A stretch of 26,223 bases of DNA, taken from Candidatus Micrarchaeota archaeon (GTDB taxonomy: Archaea; Micrarchaeota; Micrarchaeia; Norongarragalinales; SBBD01). The position numbers and the translations under genes were made by a program. Shown here one piece after another: positions 16,894 through 24,800 of this stretch (positions are counted from its first letter, which is position 1; the number at the start of each line of letters is the position of its first letter). The stretch covers positions 1 to 26,223 of the forward strand of contig JAZDGU010000044.1 in NCBI GenBank assembly GCA_043806595.1, read 5' to 3'. A model generated the notes under the pieces. The model saw only the letters and a program-made list of their open reading frames with translations. It was not told the DNA's origin and did not search any database.

Positions 16894-19800
16894 CTATCTC
16901 CCCCGTCTCTTGGAACTTTTCGAGGACTTCTGCTTGGCGAGCCTGCGGTCGAGCTTGGTGAGCAGCTTTTCAACCTTCTTGGCGTGCCTCTGGCCGGGCT
17001 TCGGGAGCTCGATCTTGCGCGTGGAAACCCTCTTCTTCGTCTTGAGGGTATGCAGCACCTTCCTCGCAGCGCCCTCGTGGTCGTACCCGTCGGAGGGCGT
17101 GAACTGCCGGCGGAGGGCCTTCAGCTCCTTGAGGCGCTCGTCCAGCCGGTCCTCAACGGGCGCTTCCGCGGGCGGGGCCTCTTCCTCGGAGGCGTAGGAA
17201 GCGACGGCTTCAGTTGCCCCGGAGCCCTGCTTGACCTCGGAAATTGCATTGGTCTGCTGCTCGGATACGAGCGGAGGGGCTTGCGCGGCCTGCTGGCGCC
17301 TGCGCTCCCGCCATGTCACGAACGGCTTCTTCTCCGGCTGGGCCTGCTTTCCAGCCACGGCAGGCGCGGCCTGGGTCGTTTCCGGCTGGGGAGGCGCCAG
17401 TGTTTCCGTTGGCGCGGCCTCGTCCTTGGAAAGGCGCAGGGGTTTTGACGAGAGGACGTCCGACTTCTTCTTGCCTATCGCGCTGACCAGCGAGCCGATG
17501 GTGCGCTTGAGGAGCCCTCCGGCCTCCTTCCTCTTGCTTGGATCGAGCTTGCGGATCTGCTCCTGTGCCTGGGCCTCGAGCTTGGCTTGGAGCGCGGTGA
17601 GGTCTTCCGCGCTCATTTCCTTGATTTCCTCCTCTTCCTCCAGCTCGCTGTCGACGGCCTCGTCCTGCTTTGAAGCCGGCGCGGGGGCGGTTGGCTTCAC
17701 CTCGTTCGGGACTCCTGCTGCGGTCTTCTCCTTGCGGATTGCCTTGATGAACGACGGCGCGTCGGATTCTTCACTTTCCCCGGGCTCGGCAGGCATCGGC
17801 GCGGGGGATGCTACTGGAGCGGGGCGCGGCGCCGGTGCGGGCGAGGGGGTCTGTTGCACGACCGGTGCAGCTGCCCGTTCTATGCTGCGCCCGATGCGCG
17901 CCTCCTGCAGGCCGGCGGACTTGCTCTCCTCGCCGATGCGCACGAACTCCGCGCGGGTGCGGTCGTCGATTTCCGCGAGCTTGCGCAGGTTCGCCTGGCG
18001 CACGCGCTCGTAGTCCTCGCGCGAAATCAGGCGCTCGAAGAACTCCTGGTCGTTGCTCGACAGTATGAGTTCCACGCCTTCCTTCTGCTTCTTGAGCTCC
18101 TTGACGACATGGGGGAGGTCCCTGCCCTGTTCCATGAGTAGCATCTTGGCCTCGAGTTCCTGCGCCCTGAGCTTTGCATCGTCGACCAGCCTCTTGAGGT
18201 CGTTCAGGTCGTCCTTGGTGACGAGCTCGTTGAGCTTGGCGCCCGTGCCCTCGACGAGCTGGACCAAATCCTTCACGCTTTCCGCCATGAGGTCCTGCTT
18301 CCCGCGGTAGACTGTGAAGTCCTCGAGCCTGCGGTTCAAGTCGACATACACGCGGCCGATTTCCTCGCCGAGGCGCTCGGCCTTGTTCACCGTGCCCTCT
18401 ATCCTCTGCAGCTTGTCGCCGATCTCCTTGTTCACGTTCGCGATGTTCTTCAGGCTGCCGATGCTCTCCAGCAGCTCGATGGTGCGGTTCACCTTGCCCG
18501 CGAGGTCTCCGCCCATGGTCTCCTGCTTCTCGACGCGCATGGAGAGCTCGCCGGCTGCGCGGTCGCGCTTCTCGAGCTCCTTCATGAGCTTCTGGGGCTC
18601 GAGCTCCTGCACCATGTCCATGAAGCGCGAGACCTTCGCCTCCTGTTCCTTTATGGAAGCGTCGCGCTCGAAGAGCATCTGCCTCAGCTCGCCGACGCTC
18701 TCCTGTATGTGGCCGATGCGCTCCTCCAGCGAGTTGCGCGCTTCCGCAACGGTATCAACCTTGACCTTGAGCTTCTCCAGCTCGAGGATGACCTTCTGCG
18801 CGGCCGCGCCGCCCATGCCGGCCTCGTCGCCGCCGGCCCCGAGGTCCGCGAGCGGGGACTTCTCCTCGGTCACGGGCGCGGTCTGCTGGGGCGCCTGGAT
18901 TTCGGGCGTGGGCCGGTACGGGTCGGCTTCTGTGCCGCTGCCATACATCTTCGTCCCGCCGGGGCCTTCGACGAAGGGAACATTTGAAGAATCCGCCGAG
19001 GCGGCTGCCGCCGGGGCGGCCTGCTTGGCCTTGGGCATCATCCCACCGAGCTTGTTGATGAAGCTCGAGACCTGCGCCTCTCCGGAAAGCTTTCCCGGGG
19101 CGCGGCTGTCCTCTTCGGGCCGGGCCTCGATTTCGTCCGCCTCCCCGCCCTCGCCGTATGCAGAGTCTCCCGAGTCTTCTCCGTCGCCGATGTTGAGCTG
19201 TTGCATTATGTCCTTTGTCTCGCGGAGGACCGCATTGCTGTCGAAGGAGTCGCTGAGGTCGTCGTAGAGCGGCGCGATGGGTTCGGCAGCCATCCTCGGC
19301 GCCTGCTGGGGGGGAGCGCGCCTCTGCCTGGGCGGCGCGGGAGCCTCCGGCTCCTCCCCGTACTGCCTCCCTTCGGAGAGCCTCTCGCCGAGGCCGCCGA
19401 CTTCAGCATCGTCGCCTGCAGAGCCGCCGCCGTCGATTAGCCGGCTCACGCGCGAGAGCCTCTTGAAATTCTCCTGGCGGAGCTCCTTGTAGCTCTCCGC
19501 GGAGATGCTGCCCTCGTTGTAGCTGTCCTCCAAAAACGTGAGCATGGCCTCGAGGTCTGCCTTGTTCTTCTCGAGCTTCTCCGAACGCGACACCGAGTCC
19601 GCGTCGTCGAAGGCCTCGTCGTCGTACGACCTTCTCCGATATCCCGGCTGGTGCCGTATGTCCTCCAGCTTGCGCAGGGAGGCGTCCGCGACCTCGTAGT
19701 AGCGGTCGTCGGAAATCCTGCCGCTCTTGTAGCTGTGCCCCAAGAACGACAGCAGCGCGAGGATGCCGTGCTCCATGTTCCCCTGATCGTAACCCCTAGG

Positions 19801-19947
19801 CGCAAGGCCGCGTCCCTGCCTCCTCCTGACTTCGGCAGGCCGCTTCACGACGGACACCACGGCCCTGCGTATCGGCGGGGGGCTTGAGGACGGCGAGCCG
19901 TCGCCTGCAGTCTTCCTCGAACCCCCGATGTTTCTCCTTGTTGCCAT
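16894..19947 (-). CDS. 1017-aa cytoplasmic coiled-coil protein with three SHOCT-like motifs and disordered linkers
   Basis: No signal peptide or TM helix. Long heptad region at aa ~385-680, three motifs of type L..L...Y..G.IS...Y.E.....L.KL, Pro/Ala/acidic linkers and a basic C-tail. Confidence 0.88.
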   Translation of the reverse strand: MATRRNIGGSRKTAGDGSPSSSPPPIRRAVVSVVKRPAEVRRRQGRGLAPRGYDQGNMEHGILALLSFLGHSYKSGRISDDRYYEVADASLRKLEDIRHQPGYRRRSYDDEAFDDADSVSRSEKLEKNKADLEAMLTFLEDSYNEGSISAESYKELRQENFKRLSRVSRLIDGGGSAGDDAEVGGLGERLSEGRQYGEEPEAPAPPRQRRAPPQQAPRMAAEPIAPLYDDLSDSFDSNAVLRETKDIMQQLNIGDGEDSGDSAYGEGGEADEIEARPEEDSRAPGKLSGEAQVSSFINKLGGMMPKAKQAAPAAAASADSSNVPFVEGPGGTKMYGSGTEADPYRPTPEIQAPQQTAPVTEEKSPLADLGAGGDEAGMGGAAAQKVILELEKLKVKVDTVAEARNSLEERIGHIQESVGELRQMLFERDASIKEQEAKVSRFMDMVQELEPQKLMKELEKRDRAAGELSMRVEKQETMGGDLAGKVNRTIELLESIGSLKNIANVNKEIGDKLQRIEGTVNKAERLGEEIGRVYVDLNRRLEDFTVYRGKQDLMAESVKDLVQLVEGTGAKLNELVTKDDLNDLKRLVDDAKLRAQELEAKMLLMEQGRDLPHVVKELKKQKEGVELILSSNDQEFFERLISREDYERVRQANLRKLAEIDDRTRAEFVRIGEESKSAGLQEARIGRSIERAAAPVVQQTPSPAPAPRPAPVASPAPMPAEPGESEESDAPSFIKAIRKEKTAAGVPNEVKPTAPAPASKQDEAVDSELEEEEEIKEMSAEDLTALQAKLEAQAQEQIRKLDPSKRKEAGGLLKRTIGSLVSAIGKKKSDVLSSKPLRLSKDEAAPTETLAPPQPETTQAAPAVAGKQAQPEKKPFVTWRERRRQQAAQAPPLVSEQQTNAISEVKQGSGATEAVASYASEEEAPPAEAPVEDRLDERLKELKALRRQFTPSDGYDHEGAARKVLHTLKTKKRVSTRKIELPKPGQRHAKKVEKLLTKLDRRLAKQKSSKSSKRRGR

Positions 19948-19969
19948 TGAAAATCTACCCCTTCCTCAG

Positions 19970-20027
19970 GCGGGAGAGCTCCCGCTCGACTTGACACCTT
20001 GGGGGAAAGCCTTCCCCCGGGCGTGTC
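19970..20027 (-). promoter_or_regulatory. Two GC-rich hairpins in the leader of the 1017-aa gene
   Basis: GCGGGA-gagc-TCCCGC (19970-19985), and GACAC...GGGGGAA-agcc-TTCCCCC...GTGTC (19993-20027). Confidence 0.45.
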
Positions 20028-20058
20028 GCCCCTCCCCCTTCACTTCGGGAAATAAACA

Positions 20059-20274
20059 TCATCCCCTTCTCAGCCTCGAAAGCTCCCGCTCGACTTCTTT
20101 CCTTGAAAACACCTGCCGGACGTAGTCGTCCATCAGCTTCTCGACGACTTCCCCGATCCTCTTCTGCCTGCCTTTATGGTCCAGGTCGAAGGTGTAGGCC
20201 CTATAGAAGTCGCGGAGCGTCTCCTCCCTCACCTTTGCGTTGAACTGCGTCCGTGGCACGGATTTGACACGCAC
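20059..20274 (-). CDS. 71-aa ribbon-helix-helix-like DNA-binding protein
   Basis: GTG start at 20274 just after an AT-rich promoter. The strand RTQFNAKV has alternating residues and is followed by helix EETLRDFYRAY and helix IGEVVEKLMDDYV, the RHH (CopG/Arc/MetJ) pattern. The ORF-track extension to 20433 runs through the promoter. Confidence 0.65.
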   Translation of the reverse strand: MRVKSVPRTQFNAKVREETLRDFYRAYTFDLDHKGRQKRIGEVVEKLMDDYVRQVFSRKEVERELSRLRRG

Positions 20275-20280
20275 GGCCGG

Positions 20281-20354
20281 TTTATAAAGATATCTAAATA
20301 ACTGGCTATTTGAATATAAATAAGCCTCAATAGCAAGATAGAAAGATATCAAAA
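20281..20354 (-). promoter_or_regulatory. AT-rich promoter with a TATA-like core flanked by an imperfect 22-bp inverted repeat (candidate operator)
   Basis: TTTATATT on the - strand at 20320-20313. Arms 20289-20310 and 20329-20350 match 17/22 as an inverted repeat. A second TTTATAAA lies at 20281-20288. Confidence 0.7.
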
Positions 20355-20436
20355 ACCGTCCGGCATTCCCTCGTGGGACAATTTCGACAGGATGAAAAGG
20401 CTTGGCAACGCCCGGAGAGACCGCCGCCCGCACTGT

Positions 20437-20964
20437 TCATTTCACGGGTACGGAATCCCGTTCGGCCAGCCGTTTGAAATGAGCTATGGCCTCCGTCAGG
20501 GAACCATATTCTTTCTCGCTGAAGGGGGGCGACACGTACGGCTCGTACGCCCGGACGCGGATGTCGGCCTTGCCAATCCTCTCCAAAAAGCCCTTGAGCC
20601 CCGTGAGCAGACGGAGCGCCTGGCGGGGTTGTGCGTTCAATGCGTCCGTGTCAGCCGTGATGCGGATTGACCACGGCCCTTCGGGTTCGATGTAGCCCCG
20701 GATCACCTCCCGGTACTCGCGGGGGGCGCCATGCCCGAGATGCTTGCTTACCTGGTCGTAGTGGTGGGCCTCGCCGCCGATTGTGATGAGCGGGTTAGTG
20801 AGGTGGACGGCGAAGACGCGGATGCGCTCGGGATGCTTGAAGACCTCATGTGAAATCACGGCCTCCACGCCGTCGAACGTTTCTATGCGGTTCCGGCCCA
20901 TCAGGATTCTGGCTCTCCGGAAACGGCCAAGTGACGAGGGCGGTTCGGAAGAGGGCTGATCCAT
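20437..20964 (-). CDS. Hypothetical protein (175 aa)
   Basis: ATG preceded by AGGAGAAG and globular alpha/beta-like composition. No family recognised. Confidence 0.72.
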   Translation of the reverse strand: MDQPSSEPPSSLGRFRRARILMGRNRIETFDGVEAVISHEVFKHPERIRVFAVHLTNPLITIGGEAHHYDQVSKHLGHGAPREYREVIRGYIEPEGPWSIRITADTDALNAQPRQALRLLTGLKGFLERIGKADIRVRAYEPYVSPPFSEKEYGSLTEAIAHFKRLAERDSVPVK

Positions 20965-21061
20965 TGTTCTTCTCCTGAAGGAAAACCGTATGACCGCGTC
21001 ATCTCGTCATGCCATCGATTCTCGCAAAGACGCTCTCCAAGTAATTTTACGGAATGGTGCA

Positions 21062-21823
21062 TTAACGGCGGTCCCTCCATCGCAGAAATTTTTCCCGGAT
21101 TTCTGTAGGGATTCGGCCGGTGTTGCGTATCACTCCGGAAACCCGGGTTTTGGGCGACTTCTGCTCGACGAACTTCCGCAAGGACTCGGCCGGCAGGTAA
21201 TTGACTGCCCCACGGGGCTTGCCAAACTTGGCGGTTATCACAACCGAGTGCTCGCGCGTTCCATCCCACGTTTGGTTAAATCGAAGACCGGGCTCGAACT
21301 CGATTGCATTATGAGGAATACCCCTGGCGCGCGCGCCTGACTGCACCATATACGTTAACAACTTCCCGACTTCTTCGGGAGGCATCGGCGCAATTGGTTT
21401 GACATAGTTGAAATGGTAAGACGAGGTTGCGGCAGTTCCGGGAACCGGCTCATTTTTTTCGATTGCCTTGAACTGGCGCTCGGAAACTGGAACCTCAAAC
21501 TGGATTGTGTGAAGCGCCTTCCCGTCGGAGCCCACCCTCACGCTGCCCCGCCTAACTATGTCCATCCAGCCAAGCGAATCGAACTTACGCCGGATGTGGT
21601 CGGGCAGGGGTATCCTGTCGAAAGCGCCGGCGTTCAGGTCCGTGGCCAGCCTTGCGATGTTCCTGGAAGGCTCGGATTTCACATAATTCCTTTCGGCGAG
21701 TTCCAGGCCGCCCAGCGCTGCTCCTGCGGCGAGGACGGCGCCGGCCCCGAGGCCGAGCACGAGCCGCCTGCGTCTTTGAGCCCTTCCTTTCCGGTAAGGC
21801 CTTTCGAATCGTTCTACGCCCAT
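21062..21823 (-). CDS. Hypothetical protein with basic N-terminus and single N-terminal TM/signal anchor
   Basis: RRRR followed by LVLGLGAGAVLAAGAALGG. The start is ATG 21823 or GTG 21832, after GGGAGGGG. Codon usage is less GC3-biased than the flanking genes. Confidence 0.75.
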   Translation of the reverse strand: MGVERFERPYRKGRAQRRRRLVLGLGAGAVLAAGAALGGLELAERNYVKSEPSRNIARLATDLNAGAFDRIPLPDHIRRKFDSLGWMDIVRRGSVRVGSDGKALHTIQFEVPVSERQFKAIEKNEPVPGTAATSSYHFNYVKPIAPMPPEEVGKLLTYMVQSGARARGIPHNAIEFEPGLRFNQTWDGTREHSVVITAKFGKPRGAVNYLPAESLRKFVEQKSPKTRVSGVIRNTGRIPTEIREKFLRWRDRR

Positions 21824-21864
21824 CTCATCCACCCCCTCCCCATTCTCCGACGCGAATAGAAACG

Positions 21865-24800
21865 CTACCTCGTCATGCCTTTAATCCTTGCGCTGACGCT
21901 CTCGAGGTAGTTCTGCGCCATCCTGACCATGCCCTGCTTGAGCTTGTCGGCCGCGATGTTCAACTCGAGTTCGACGTCGTACGTGTCGGTTCCGCGCGCC
22001 TTGATTTCCGCGAGCTGCTTGCGCGCGGCCTCAATCTGGTTGTACATCGCGGTGTACTGCTTGATCTCGTCCTCGGTGAGGCTGAAGGTGCTGTGCAGCA
22101 GCGGCCGGAAGCTCACGAACCACGGCTTGCCGTCGTTGAACTCCGCGTTCTGGTAGAGGCCCGTGCCGATTGTGAGCTTCGTCACCTTGTCGGCGTATTC
22201 CGTGCCGTACTTGGTCTTCACGCGGCCGATGTCCCCCTCATAGCGCGTGCGCAGCTGGATTTCCGAGGCGATGTTCGCCCTGACGGCGCCCTTGAAGTCG
22301 AGGAGCACCTGCGAGATGAGGAAGACGCCGATGCCCCACTTGCGGAACTCGCGGCAGCCCCTCTCGATGGAAGTGTAGGCGCCCTTGCCGCCGTACTTGG
22401 GCAGCAGCCTGTGGACCTCGTCGTAGACGAGCATTGCCTTGAGCTCGCGGCTTTCCTTGGGGTTGCTCCTGAAGATGCTGTCGATGCTCCTGCGCACGAG
22501 GCCGTCGAGCTGTTCGGGCCGGAGCTTGTTCATCACGAATACTGTCATCTCGCCGGGCTTGAAGAAGGAAGGCACGTCGATGACCATCTCCGGGTCGGTG
22601 ACGTCGATGATGGTGACCTTGAAGCCGCGCGCGTCCTCGGGCTTCATGCCGAATCCGGGGTAGAGCGAAAGCATTCCCTTGTCCGTATTCGGCCGGATGT
22701 AGCCGGTCCATTGCGCCGTCGGGTCGAAGACGACGATGGGCACCTTGCGCATCAGCAGCTCCTCGCAGATGACCTGCGCGCTGACCGACTTGCCGCTGCC
22801 GGTGCCGCCTGCGGCGATGGAGTGCGTCGTCAGCCTCTCCATCTCTACGTACGCCTTGACGTCCGTCTCGGCGATCTTCCCTACGGCTATCGAGCGGGGG
22901 CCGGGCTGGGGCAGCTTCTTGAAGTCCAGGGGCATGATGTAGCGCGAGGCGACGCGCCTGCGCCGGGCGTATGCCACGTAAGCCCTGCGGCCGACCACTG
23001 CAAGCAGAAGCAGGGCGATGAGGGCGTAGGTCAGCCACGAGGACACGACGGTCTCCACGAGGAGGGCGGTCAGCGGGACCGTGACCACGTCGAAGGAGTC
23101 GGCGCCCGAGGCGAACTTCTTGCCGTCGAAATAGGTGACTCTTGCCTGGAACACGTACTTCCCGGCCTTGGCCTCCGGCGGGATCTTGAGGCTCGCGATG
23201 CGCGTCACGACGTCGCGGACGTTGAGCGTCTCCGTGCTGCTGACGAGCTGCTTCTCGTCCTCGAGCGACAGTATCTCGTAAGTGACCTGCGCGTTGGGCA
23301 CGTTGTTCGTCGTGCCGCGGTTGATGAACGAGACTTCTGCCTTCATGTCCTGGCCGGGCTGGACCGTCTGCGAGAGCGAGCGCGTCTTGACCTCGATTGT
23401 CGGCTCCTGGATTTTCTCGATCTTGAGGGTGACGGGGGTGCGGTGGGTGTACGAGCCGAGGCGCGTCACGACGTCGCCGGTGAATATGCCGGGCTCGGCG
23501 TCCTCGGGCGCGCTGACCGTTATCTTTATGACGGTTACGCTCTTGCCGGGCACCGTCAGGGTCGTATTCGAGATTGTGAGGAAGGGTATGATGCCGCCTT
23601 CCGCGGAAATCGTGGTCGCGATGTCGGCCTCGAGGTTGTTCACGAGGTCCATGGAGTGTGTCTCGCTCTCGCCCGGCTGGAGGATGACGTAGAGCAGCGT
23701 GCTCCTCACTTCGAGGGGCTGGCGGAGCGCGTCCGCGAGGCTTCCGGTGGCGTTGCCCAGCCCTCCTCCCGCGCCTCCGCCCGCGGTCGGGGAACCGGCG
23801 GGTATGCCGCCGCCGGCGCCCGCGCCGGCGCCAGTGCCGGTTCCAGCGCCTCCTCCGCCGGGTGTCGGGGTCGCGGTCGGCGTCGGCGTGGCGGTCGCGT
23901 TGCCCGGGCCGCCGCAGTCTACTGTGCACGAGGTCTCGCCGAACGTGCTCTCGCACAGGCCGTTGCCGCAGACGTACTGCGCGAGGGCGTACGCGGCGCC
24001 GAGGCTCGTCGTCTGCAGCGTCACGAGGCGCGCGCTTCCGTCGATGGTGCCGCCTGCGCGCGTCCAGTTTGCGTTGCAGCCCGCGTACTGGGTGTAGTTG
24101 CCGCAGATGTAGAGGGAGAGGAGGCTCTCCTGGAATCCGGTGTGGCCGGAGTAGTTGAGAGAGACGTTGGCGACGCTGTAGTTGAGTATGTTTGCGAGGG
24201 TGAAGCCGTAGAGCGAGCCCGCGCCGATGCGCTCCTTGGAGATGTAGCCGAGCCTGACGGGGTCGCCGACGTCGACGAGTATGGGCGACGTCTGGAACTG
24301 GAGGCGCGAGGAAAGCGCGGACACCTGCACGTGGTACGTGTCAGCGTATATCGTCTGGTTGTAGGAGCCCGCGGCATCGGCGTTTACGGTGTAGGCGAGG
24401 TAGCCGGTGGAGTTGCGCAGCTCGAACGTCATCGCTATCGGGGGCTTGGCGACGTTCTCCTCGTCGAGCGCCCTGCCGCTGAAGTAGATGCCGGTGCGGG
24501 CGAGGAACGATCCGCTGGTGGAGTTGCAGTTGCCGGAGATGTCGCATGTGTTCGCGCTGACGTTGTATTCGCCGGTGATGCTGGTGTCGGAGTAGTTGGC
24601 GTGGTAGATGCGCGAGTCTCCCTGTTCGTACTGGAATATCGGGGAGAGCTGGATGGAGGTGCCGTTGGGGTAGGTAAGGTTGGCGGTCACGTTCGCGATG
24701 CCTCCTGTGTCCGTGGCGTTTATCGCTATGGGGGCGGTGGTGTAAGTGATGACCACGAGGGGAAGCGAGAGCCCGATGAACGGCCTCTGGACGTCCACGT

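Noticed and set aside
16887..16973. N-terminal 29-aa extension of the small secreted protein in the ORF track
   Set aside because: It overlaps the upstream gene. ATG 16886 gives a clean signal peptide 7 nt after the upstream stop.
20275..20433. N-terminal extension of the RHH-like ORF
   Set aside because: It translates the AT-rich promoter/operator (FLISFYLAIEAYLY), which is better explained as non-coding.
21865..22980. Canonical herA DNA-repair helicase or HerA-based defence system
   Set aside because: No HAS barrel, and no nurA/mre11/rad50, SIR2 or nuclease neighbour in the window. The domain is fused to a TM helix and ectodomain, so no gene symbol is given.
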